A stretch of DNA of 64,000 bases. Source: Nemertoderma westbladi (Eukaryota; Animalia; Xenacoelomorpha). Positions within the stretch are counted from its first letter, which is position 1. Every line of letters begins with the position of its first letter. The stretch lies in assembly GCA_032718475.1 (NCBI GenBank), contig JAUCBJ010007628.1, positions 1 through 64,000 on the forward strand. The letters run 5' to 3'. Of this stretch, positions 28,384-40,100 are shown in pieces. The position numbers were made by a program, and so were the translations under genes. The notes beneath the pieces were generated by a model. The model was not told where the DNA came from, ran no database searches, and saw only the letters and a list, made by a program, of their open reading frames with translations.

Positions 28384-28799
28384 GTTAGTATCAGTTGTGC
28401 CGAAAAATCAATTTAATTAATTTATTATTGTTTATCATTAATTATCGCTTTTTGTTTGCACATTGCTGGGGCAACAAACCGGTGTTATATCCGTATTAAC
28501 TATATACGTCATTGTTTATAAAACATCACTTTATAGTGTTACAGCACAAGTGATGTTGTAACTAAAACGAACCAAAAATAACATTAATTGAAATAAATAA
28601 CAAAACGAACCATCTTGTATAACAGAATACAGATTAACTTACTTCAGGTATTATTATATCCGTATATTCATTCCATTCTCGAACGGACGATAATTATAGT
28701 ATATTAAGAATAGTTTGTTATTCCTACGGTTATTATAATATGTTAAGCCCCTGAAGGAAAGGCCCCTGATAAGACCTCATTAGTTGTTGAACAACTTCT

Positions 28800-31580
28800 A
28801 TATGTTGAGCCAGAGACATCTGTCAAGTTTTAGCAGACATTATAAATGCGTATTTCAAGTTTCATCAGCACAAAGGTAAAAGTCGAGACCCACACATTCC
28901 CAAGTCATATCACCCAATTTCGACCATTATTCTGCTTCGCCAAGCTAATGGAATCTGAAGTGCTCTGTGTGAATATCTATCGATTGAGTTACCGGAATTT
29001 GTCTCACAATCGCGATTGGTATACCAACATAAAATTGGATCGGATCTTATCTTATCCTAAGTGCAGTGCTAGAATGATAGAATAGCAGTGTTTGATCGGT
29101 TTCGTCAGCTTTTGATAATATCAAGCATTTTACCCTATTCAACAAGCTCATGGACCATCTCAATCCACATATGTTTAGTGCTACTTGCAAAATTATACTT
29201 GCATTGTAGCATTTCTAAAGTTTGGAGCAGATATATCTGTGATGGGTATTTCTTTGTTGAACGGAGTAAAACAAGGGTCACTTCTCTCTCCAGTTCTATA
29301 TAACTTCTATACCAGTGATGTCCTCGAAGCTTTGAAAGATGCTGGATTATGAGGAATACACACACCCTTTGTCTCGGCACAATTGCCTATACTGATGACA
29401 CTCTCATAATGGGTAAATATATTGCTGAAATCGAACACCATATCAAATTAATCGGAGTTCAACTTGAGAAAGTATACTTAGAAGTTGAGAATAGTAAATT
29501 GAACTGTATATTTATACTTCCATGGGGTTTCAGCAGTTCATCAATCCCGTCGTTTCTCAGCGTAAATGGTACATTGTTACCACCGCAACAATTTATTAAC
29601 CCTATTAGTACCGGGCTATAAAATGTTGTACAAATACCGGGGGGGGGGGGGGGGGGGTTCATATTGACCCTTCCCTCTAAAATCTACAAATATTTACGAA
29701 AACGTCTGAATTTTTGTTTATACGTAGGTATCACTAGTCTGGATCCGACCGAAAAAAAAATTTCGAAAAAATGTACTTGGGTGGTTAGGTTATATTGCAG
29801 CACCAAAATTACAAGTAGAGCACAATTTTCACAAAATTTGAAAGTTACATTTTTCGGCTAATTGTTTTTCAATACAGGTTTTCTGGGGCGCAAAATACAT
29901 TGGAAAATATTTAAAAAGGATATGATTACTATAAATGGCTGTTTAGTCCTCTCGGCGTAGGAAAAAAATGAAAAAAACAAGTAACCAGCTCTTTTCAGTT
30001 AGAACACAAAATTTTTAATTCACTTATACGATGCTATAAATTAACATTTTCAGGTTTTCTAGGGCGCTAATTCTAATGGAATACATTTCTAATATGCCAG
30101 ATCATTGCTACTTGTATTTGTCGGCGTAATTTGGCTAATTTTGGTGCTAGCACCAAATTTCGTACCCACCACCAAAAAGTACAAGTTTGCGATTTCCAGT
30201 GCTGTTTTTATTGATGCCAGTGGATTCAGGACCCTCATAAACCCGTATAACGCAAGAAACAAGATGATACTATCTTCTGATCAATTTGCTTATTTTCCAA
30301 AATTTGGTGCTGGCACAACAATTTTCACCCACCGGCGAAAAATACAAGTTTGAAAACTCTTATGAAATTTTTACTGATTCCATTGAATTCAGAACCCTCA
30401 CAAACCCGTATAACGCAAGAAACAAGGTGACACAATCAATTGATATATTTGATGGTTTTCAAAATTGGGTGCTAGCACCATATTTTGCACCCACTTCCGA
30501 AAAATACAAGTTTGATATGTCTAGTTCGATAATTATATATTCCATTGAATTCAGAACAACCATAAACCTCTAAAACACAAGAAATAAATTGTCACAAGCA
30601 ATTTTATCTATTGAATGGATTTTCAAAATTTCGTGCTAGCACCAAAATTTGCACACTGCACCGAAAATTACAAGTTTGATACGCTTGGTGAAACTCGTAT
30701 ATATTCCATACCAGAACCCCAAAAAGCCCCAATTGCGTATAAAACAAGTTTCAAACAATCAATTTACAAAATTGACATAATTCAAAATTTGGTGCTGTCA
30801 CCAAAATTTGGCACCCGCCGAAAAAAACAAGTTTGAAATTTCTAAATCAATTTATATGTATTCCATCCAATTGCTAACACCAAAAAACCGGTGTAAATCA
30901 AAAATAGAGATGTTACAATTCATATTTAATGAAATGAAATTTTCAAAAAACGTCTCAAAAAAAGTGCCAAAAGTAGGGTTAAAAAATGGTGCTATAACTC
31001 GAAAACTACCCAATATTTTTGAAAACGGTTTTCACTACTAGGAAGACAATAGATTTTTAGGAAAAGTCATAAAAGTTCAGATTCCCAATTGCGTTTGTTT
31101 CAGAATTATAATAAAAAAACCACGGGGGGGGGGGAGGGGTCATAGTGACCCCCCCCCCCCCCCCCCACGGGTTTAATATGGTTAACTTCCTTGGATTTAA
31201 AATTCAACATGTTGGAACGTCTGCTGAAGCTATAGCCGATTGTATATGTATAGGCCTACAGCTAATTGCATCCGTTGCTGAATCTTTTCGTAGAAAGGCT
31301 GGACTTCACAATGGCTTAATGCTCGTACATTGAGCCGTCTCTGATCCTCCATTGTCCAGCCTACAATATCTACAGTGCAAGGTTCCTCGTTGGTCGAATG
31401 ATGAGTGAAGATAGGAACAAACTGGATATAGTCCATCAAAAGGTAGTACGCACTTGGATGCACTTGGGATCATATGCTAGTAACTCTATAATATACAAAT
31501 TGATGAACTGCCGACTTCTTACTTCTGATGTATCATGGACTTCTAGAATGTTATTTATACCAGGACTGGAAACTAGGTAG
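28800..31580 (+). mobile_element. Old degenerate LINE RT fragment split by a TTAA element
   Basis: GVKQGSLLSPVLYNFY near 29262 and AYTDD near 29385; reading resumes as NFLGFKI after 31185. Outer limits are approximate. Confidence 0.6.
29600..31181. mobile_element. Non-autonomous TTAA-specific (piggyBac-like) DNA element with internal ~163-bp repeats
   Basis: TTAA at 29596-29599 and 31182-31185; ends CCCTATTA... and ...TAATATGG. Subterminal polyG-TCA..TGA-polyC hairpins at both ends. GTGCT.GCACCA units near 30142, 30307, 30469, 30633 and 30792. Confidence 0.8.
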
Positions 31581-33059
31581 CTATAGGCAAAATAAAAACA
31601 CCAGTTGAGGCCTACATATTAATTACTGCACGGTACATAGTAATTATAAACACGGTATACACGTTTTTAGTGTTTCACGCGTTTCACGCGATCCCTCCAA
31701 ATATCCAATATATTCGACTACCGATGATCGACTTAATTTTCTGGGCAATGTTTCAAGGTCTCTTACCACATGGAGGACCTCTAGCGAAATAGATCTAATA
31801 ATAGATCTAATTGTAAAAGCTTTTGCGTAATTAGCCGGTTATTATCCCCGTAAAGTACTCTGTGGTTGGTTTACCAGGCATAAAAAGGCCGTGTCCTTGC
31901 TGTACTGGTGTTTTGGAGGACATAAAAGCCATTTCTTCTGTATTTGTACTTTAGAGGACATAATCTGCAATTTCGTGATGTAAAAAGCTCGATACTCTTG
32001 AAAACAGTGTCGCTACCATGACGACGGCTAACGGCTGATATTGCCACGTTGCCCCATAGCCCTGCTTTCTGTATCTGCCAATAGGATTTGAGTTGGTTTT
32101 GATTTTGACCTATCACAGATCTACTGAACTGAATTTCCTATCTGTATGCTCATTCTCTGTGGTGGGTGAGATCTTTGTAGAATAAGGGTAGCTGGTATTC
32201 TTATAGTTATTCTTATCAGTTTTTAGTGTTGTTGGTGATTCTAAGCCAGGAAGAACGGCTTTAGCCTTACACTAGTAGGCTTAATTATAAGGACAAATAT
32301 CCGTTATCTGCATTTATCATAACATAACACACCATACCTAATCAAACAACCTGTGCATACTTTTATATTGTTATACTGCTATTTACTGTCAGTTCTTCAT
32401 AATATGGTTGATGAATTATTATATTTGGAATAACGATAAATAACCCCGAAACCCAATATTCTTGATATACCGAAGGTAAGAGAGAAAGGTTACATATAAC
32501 GATTGTGACTTATGTTGAAGTGGTTTGAAGTGAATCTAATGTTATTTGATAGACCCTACATGAGTCGGTCCGTGTTCCTTTTATATATAACTAAAATCAG
32601 TGAAGATCGGCAGATCAGTGTGCAGTATTGTGCAGCATTGTGTATGAGTGAGACTGATAACGAAGCATTTCCTAAAGAATGCGCCATATATGTGAATTAT
32701 AACTAAGCCATATCGTTGTGAGTAGTTTAAGTCATAACTCTGTTTATATAGATAGAGCGCCACGTCCTAAAGGAACTGTTAATATTTCCCGAAGGTGAAT
32801 AATACTGTCAGTCGAATAATACATTAGGCTTACATAGCAATAAGATTAAGCCGTCGAACCCAATCTCCCGGGTATATCCAGCGGGTGAATGATCGCGCAC
32901 AGATTGGTTTCGACTAGTGTAGTGAATCAAATACTTGTCATAGGCTAAAGGCGAATTATTATCTAGAAGACATCCTAATTTGGCGGGTTAAACTGCCAAA
33001 GGTCTGAAAGCGCGAACACTAATAGATCTAATAGTGCCCTTTCGACGCCCTTATTCATA

Positions 33060-33950
33060 CCACGAATGCTTTAGTCAATATAGTAAGGTACTGTCTGGAT
33101 GAGTAAAAGTTTAATTATGTTCGTAACACGTAAGATGTTGCAAAATCCCCTAGAGCTCCGCTCTGGACGTTACAGACAAATAAATGGAGGTAATTATTAC
33201 CTTTCATATAAACAATTGTTCCAAAATGAGAGGAAGCCTTATCACCAATTCTTACATTACGACGTCATAAATGAAACAAATCTTGAGCTCAGCTGCACAA
33301 TGTATAACAACAGACAATGCGCAAACATCGAATAACATTGCAGAAGAGATTTATTAATCCACCACATTTGTCCACCACGCATAACATCTGCCGATGCCAA
33401 CACAAACTAGTACGTCGCTGGAGCACTAGTTAAGAGTACAGTGCGAAACTTCAAAGAATGCAGAAGCTGTTTCACCTCTCTTGCTGACTCTCATAATTGC
33501 TCTCCGCTTCAAATGTTCGATGTTGAACAAGAAGACGTGCTAATATCCAGAGACGTGAGACGTGAGGGAAAATGTCGATATTTCTTCCAACCGCGGTTGA
33601 TTACTCCACCCTAGCATTCAAGCATTTTGCATATGTCTCCATAGTTGGAATGCATATACAAATAACAAATGATTATAATTCTTTCAAGTATAACGTGAAC
33701 AGAGCTGCCAATTCAAAGCAACTGTTTACAAATAATATACAGATTATATATATACAGATTGTAATTGAGATCATCTTGCCACTAAAGAACTGGACAGATA
33801 CGCCAGAGATCTGCGCAAATAAACATCAATATGTAGGGATTTAGTTGGTCGTTTCTAAAGCACTGTCACAAATAATTTTGTCATTCAAATGTCCGACATG
33901 AGACGTATTCTTAAAAATAAACAGAATGATAAGTTAAGGAAATTTAATAA
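33060..33950 (+). mobile_element. Decayed P-element/THAP9-like transposase C-terminal remnant
   Basis: LQNPLELRSGRYRQINGGNYYLSYKQLFQNERK resembles the P-type motif QD.LE..FG..RQ..G.N....Q. Many stops follow; boundaries are approximate. Confidence 0.5.
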
Positions 33951-34094
33951 TTAAAAGTGATGAATTATTTCACTATAAGGTAGCATTTGTAGTTTAACTT
34001 TAACGTAAAAACTTTTGAAAATCCGACGTATTTTGATTAAATTACAGTAATGTAATATGCCTATTCATATTTGTACACATAAAACCCTTAGGTA

Positions 34095-34170
34095 CTCTCG
34101 TGGCGTAGTGGTCAGATGGTTAAGGCGTTGGTTACATTACGTAGGTTACGAGTTCGAATCCCAGTCGGGA
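34095..34170 (+). promoter_or_regulatory. tRNA-derived Pol III A-box/B-box element inside the LTR (copy at 48053-48128)
   Basis: A-box TGGCGTAGTGG at 34101-34111 and B-box GAGTTCGAATCC at 34150-34161. No clean cloverleaf, so not called a tRNA gene. Confidence 0.65.
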
Positions 34171-34217
34171 AATTTGTATTTTGGGGCCATTTATTTTCGT
34201 TTAGGTGCTAATTGGTA

Positions 34218-34490
34218 GGCCAATGAGAAGCGTACAACGTAGCGGATAATGAGCCAGGCCAATCATAGGGCATAAATTACCTTATTGCTCAAATGTGAGG
34301 CAGTGGAAAATTCTGTTAGGATTCCATGTCCCTGATTAGTGTAAGGGCCGGACTGCGTTGAACGATGAGCTGGGCCAATCATAGGGCACGACGTACTTCA
34401 TTGCTCAATTGTGAAGCTGTGGAAAATTTTGTTTAGTTTCCATGTGCAATTTCTAGTATAAAAGGCCGGTTTGCCTTCGGTTATCATTCC
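34218..34490 (+). promoter_or_regulatory. LTR Pol II promoter: three GGCCAAT boxes in a duplicated ~115-bp block, TATA box and initiator
   Basis: GGCCAAT near 34218, 34257 and 34373; TATAAAA at 34457-34463; TCATTC initiator with the A at 34486, 29 nt after the TATA start. Confidence 0.7.
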
Positions 34491-37176
34491 TAATCGCTTC
34501 ACTTCGTTATGATTTGTATATCGTTACTCTATCCTTTTATTCTTGTAAAATTAGTTTATTCGGTTTCTTGTTGAAACTTACTTTGATAAATCCTTTGTTA
34601 AAACTGTAAATATACTGCAATTTCCTGACATGTTTTCTTTTGGTCCGACTTCGGGACAGCCGAACACCAGGGAGATGGCAGCCTAGACCGTTAGGCCGTA
34701 AGCAACGCAGGGAAGGGATGTCCACAACACGCTAGCGCCCACATTGGATCGACCGCGCACCCCCTTTGCCCCTTCGAAATGCTCAACTTGCTATGCAGCG
34801 CCCGCTTTGTGAGAAAGGTAAGACTTTGTTCGACGCCCTTGCCCGCCGTAAGACCTATAGATCAGGGTAAGCGTGACACCGCACTGGACGCCGCAAATTT
34901 AGGATCAAATAATTATATCCAGACACCCCCCCCCCCCCTTCTTGTCAGTCCTACGAACCCCTGGGTTAACCTGTACTTCCTACAGGTGCGAACTATTGCC
35001 ATTCGTCAGTACGCGAGTACACATTAGGCACGGACAGCATACGTTCCATAATTTAGTGATTCATAGCACTGACTGTTTGGTACCGGTTCGCTTTGAAGAA
35101 CGTACATTAGTACCCCCCCCCCCCTGTCTGGAGTTAGCTATTTGATCAGGCAAGGAGTATTTCTGCTACCGGCACACTGCTTGGCCTAGGGAGGTTTATT
35201 AATATCCTACCGCGCCTTGCCACGTACTGATAGGTATTGCTGCTAACTACCGCAGCAACAAAATTCTAGAATTAAATTAGTATACCAGATCAGCTAACGT
35301 ACGGTAGCGATTAACCCCTATTCTTATCTTACAACCAGAATCTGGTATTAGTGCCGATCACGGGTGTAGTTACTAACACTGTGGTTGCCCATTGGGTTGT
35401 GGATAGGAAGGAGAGAGCTTTGACGTCATTCGTGAGTATAAAGTTCTACAAACGCGACTAGTTTATTTTAGTAGCTAGCGCACGGTATCATTTTTAGTCA
35501 GAAAATCACTAAAACCTAGTAAAAGGAATTACCCGAAATTGTTTTATTTGTAACACACCCACACACACACGCCCTAAAACATATTGCCCTTAAAGTTCTA
35601 CTAGCTATAGCGTACTATACATTACGTTAGGAGGAAATTATTTGTATTTGTACAATTAGGATCTGATTTGATTGCGGCAAGATAAGGAGTATTTCACTTT
35701 CGTTATTAAACTGTTGTTTGTCTGGACAACGGTATTGTTACATTTAGGCTTGACCCTTTAGACTGATTTCGTACAGGGGGATCAGTTATTGTTACATTTA
35801 GGCACGACCCCTTTTCGACTGATTTAGGACTGTCAGTGTTGTTACGCTAGGTCTGTTAACCCACTAGCTCGTATATAAACCATATAAATCACACCGCGGC
35901 AAGTTACTGTATTTAGGACTGTCAGTGATAGTTAGGATTCGCTGCGCGGGGATTGTTTTCCCGTGAGTTCGGTCTGTTACGGTAACTGTACATCTGCCTC
36001 ACCGGTTAGAGGACAGGTATCCTTCTGTCTAGTACGTAGGCATTAGACCCGCTCACGTACATAGAATAGATACAAGGCTCTGTTCCTCGCCAGTAGTCGT
36101 TTGTGTACTATATCTGTTTGTTTAGATATCCTGGACTGGGATTTGTTGTCAGATACTGTACAAGCCCGTATACATTACTAGAGTCTCATAGTAAGATACA
36201 TCGTTACTAGGATCTGGTAAGCGGTATACTACTGGACCCTTACAGTAGGAAGTATTTATATAAATTAGTATATAGTATTTCCGCCGTAGCGTATAATATA
36301 GATAAATATTTGTTAGCTATTGTAAGTAGGAGATATTTAAAAATTAAGGTTAGTAAATTTAGTAATTTAGAACGTCCCCTGCTTCAGTAGGCTTTTAGGG
36401 TAGCTAGTACTTTCGTATTTAATATTTGACTAGCTAACAGTTAGTTTGTAGCACTTTGTTTTACGCCGTGTGTGTGCGGTGTTACTTTTCGGTACTTGAA
36501 AAGGTACATAGGGTTTAAAGACCAATTTGTATCGGTACCTAGGAAGATTTTTCGTAAGCGTAGAAGTAAAACTCTCACCTTCGACCTTTTCAGGACTCAA
36601 GGACTCATTTCTGGACCGCCTCGAGGATTAGACCGCTTTTCGCAAAGTTTGGGAGACAATAAATTCGTCCGCGCCGCCGAAAACGGAAAGACCCACGTCC
36701 GGTTTGTATTTGGGAATTTGTACGACTGGAAGATCAAAGGAACGTAAGTTTTACGACTCGCGTCGTTCAAACTTAAGAAAGCACAGTAGTACTCAAAATT
36801 TGTGGGTTTCACTGTCTATTAGTAGTGTTGTTGGTACATATTTTCCCTTTAGACGTTGCTGTTTGGCCTATTGTTTATACTTGTTGATCTATATTTTGTT
36901 AACGTATACCGTTATCTCACTTATTCGTACAAATTTAGCCGGTAGGCTAGATTACTACTTATTTTATTATATACCTTGTTAGTTTATTTGTACCGGTTAG
37001 GGTATATATATGATATATATATATATCAAGGTAAGTTTGACATTTGTACATTTCGACATTTTGACATTTCGACATTCTGACTTGTTGATTTATTTGTACC
37101 GGTTAGGTAAGTTTGACACTTCAACATTCAGACACTTTGATATTTTATTACCCGTACTTGACGTATATAATAAGAC

Positions 37177-40100
37177 ATGAGTGACACACCCCATTCGACG
37201 AGATACCCACCTACCGACTATGACTCGTGCGACCCGGACAGATCGACAGTAGACGAACCGAGAAGGAGAACCCGAGATTCCACCGATGTCACACCGCTTG
37301 CGTCGCCGGTACCCCGAACGGAAATACCGGAAGCCGCAACGCGTGGCGACGGCAGAATCGAAGATTTCCTTACCGTCCCGCAGACTAGATCGCGGGAACC
37401 GGACATGGTAAGTTCGACTGGAAGCCAGGAGAACGTTATTAGAAGTATAGGAGGACACATGGCCCAGATTACTCGGAACCTCGGAGAAGGTTTTCGCGTT
37501 TTACGCGAGTTAACCGCCCCGATGTCGAGATACGAGTTCTACACCTTACAGGTAAGGATAGAAAGTAGGGTACATGCCTCCGTAGATAAACTTAAAGGTT
37601 TGCACGAACTTGCAGAGTTGCGTGGCGACAACTTTACTCAGGTAAAGATAGTAGATAAATTGGTAAGTGCGAGAGAAAGCCTTATCCAGTTTAAGTCGGT
37701 AATAAGATTGGCTCAACAGGAGCAGTTCGACCAACTGCTAGGTGAGTCAGTTTCGGACGCCTTGTTACAACCCGAAGAGGAAGAAGAACTCTACTGCCTG
37801 GACGGGAGGTTGGAGACGCTCACCAATTTTCTTCGTAGATGCGGAGTACCGATCGAAGAACCGGAAGTTGTACCGAGAGGGACGACGGAAGTTCTATCTA
37901 CGGAAGGCTCGCGAGCCTACCAAATTCCACCACTGGATAGATCGTTCGTTAGCGTACGGAGCGACGTTGGCGACGTTAGTAGAACAGCGTCTGGAATTAT
38001 TCGACAACAACAGGAGGTCGCACGCCGACAACAAGTCGCTGAGGAAGAAACGCAACGACAATTGGCGCAGATTGCGATGGAAGGAGAAAGACAGCGTAGA
38101 GAAGACGTAGCGAAACTTGCGAAACTTCAAGCGCAGGCTGAGTTCGAAGCATCAGAGATGCGGAGACTGGAGGAGGACTTAGCGCGAGAAGCGGCAGCCG
38201 ACGAGTTAGCACGACAGGCGGCAGCTGAAGTGTTAGCACGACAGGCGGCAGCTGACGTGTTAGCACGACAGGCGGCAGCTGAAGAGTTAGCACGACAGGC
38301 GGCAGCTGACGAGTTAGCACGGAAAAAGGCAGCATCCGACGCTCGGGCCAAGTTGGAGGCGCGACAAATAAACGCTCGATTAGCTATACAGGAAGCGGAG
38401 TTAGCGGCACAACAACAGGATGCAGATCGACGCGAAAGAGAGATGCAGCTCCAGTTCGAATTAAATCGCAGATCGCGCGAGGCGGCCAACGCGCAAGAGG
38501 ACCTCGAACTCGACGCGAGAGATAGATCTATAAGGTCTCGAGCTGGACACGACTTGTCTGCCCTGGATCGTATGGAGACTCGATATCGCGGAATTCAGAA
38601 GCGAATCGAGGAAGGAAGTGTGGGAGCGATAGATCGAGGAGAGGAGTTCGTCGAGGATTACTGTAAACGTTTTCCCCAAGTTATTCCTATGCTCAAACCC
38701 ACGACTCCGATAAAACCGGGCTTTGTTACGAAACCTAAGGAAATAACGCCTGTGCGCCCGACGCAAGGTAGCAGGTTTGTTGTGACGGAAATACCGCAAC
38801 CTAGGGCGACTTCATCGCCGATTCTCGCAGGTAACATAACTAGTCCACCTACTGTAAGCCGTAGTTTACTTGTAGAGAGAGACGAACCTGCGTTTATGAC
38901 AGTAAAACAGGTGAGTAAACCATTACAAGTTAAACCTGTGACGTGCTGCGTGAACCCAGTCATTTATAAACCTACAGTAGAGCTTAACTCAGATGTTTTT
39001 ACTAGACCTCTCACCCAATGTTTATCGAGACCTACGACTTCGTGGAAGGCTTGCGAGCCTGCCGAACAACGAAGGACGACGGATGTGGGTAGTACCCACA
39101 GGATCGAACCGAGTTCAACGAGACCTACGACTTCGTGGAAGGCTTGCGAGCCTGCCGAACAACGGGGAGCCGTAGATCCCAGACCAAGACGAACTCGACC
39201 CAGGATAATACGCCGGACGCGAACCCGCCAACCACCTTATCCGGACGACAGCGATTCATCTAGTGACTCGGAGTCGACGGAACGGGAAGTATTCCGTACT
39301 GGAGCGGCGGAAGATTTTAAACGAGAGGAGAGGTCGACGAACCCATACATCGACAATCCACCTCGAGAAACACCCCAACAGAAACCCACGTTGCAACCAG
39401 CGGAAGCGATCAGAACCAACAGACTCGCCGAAATAATGCGACCTGTAGCGGACCGACTAGCTCAGATAGAAGAGCGACTCGAAGCGCAACCGTCGGATCG
39501 ATCACGGACCAGCGTGGAATTGGAACAACCTAGACAACATCGACCACCGAGGAGAGAACAGGAGACTAGACGGACTCCGACACATCGAGAGGAAGATCCC
39601 GTTAATAATTCCTACCGACGAACAACGCGCGGAAGGGAGCGACTGGACGACGCCACCGAACAGGGACGCGGACAGTTGGATTTAGTTAGCGAGATTGCGA
39701 AATTCGCGGCTAGACACGGATTACCGGCACAGCAACCGCCGAAGTTCTCTGGCAACGCGAAACACTGGCGCACACTGGTAGACTACGTAGAGTCCCAGAT
39801 CGCTAAGTGTGCTTTCACCTCGACGGAGAAGTTTAACTACTTGCTCCAAGTCCTGTCTGGTGAGCCGAAACGATTAGCGGAAACCTTTATAGGTGTTCCC
39901 GATGCCTTCGAATTGGCGTACGACCGTTTGTATTCGATTTACGGCGGTAATGTCGCCATGGCTAAATCCATCATAGAAGACCTCTGCAGAGGAGGCAACA
40001 TTTCGAGACCGATCGATCTTTTACGACTCGCGGACGAAATAAAGAACGCTATAGGGACTTTACGGTCCATTGGACAACTCGAGTACGCTAACGCACCGAC

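Larger units (their letters stand above)
33958..36244 (+). repeat. 5' LTR (2287 bp)
   Basis: Direct repeat of 47916-50202. Differences I saw are two poly-C length changes (13 vs 9, 12 vs 16) and G/A at 35780/49738. Confidence 0.97.

Noticed and set aside
28745-28800. Hammerhead ribozyme-like CTGA.GA core
   Set aside because: The core is degenerate (CTGATAAG, no properly placed GAAA) and the stems could not be built.
34095-34170. Functional tRNA gene
   Set aside because: A and B boxes are present, but acceptor and anticodon stems do not pair convincingly.
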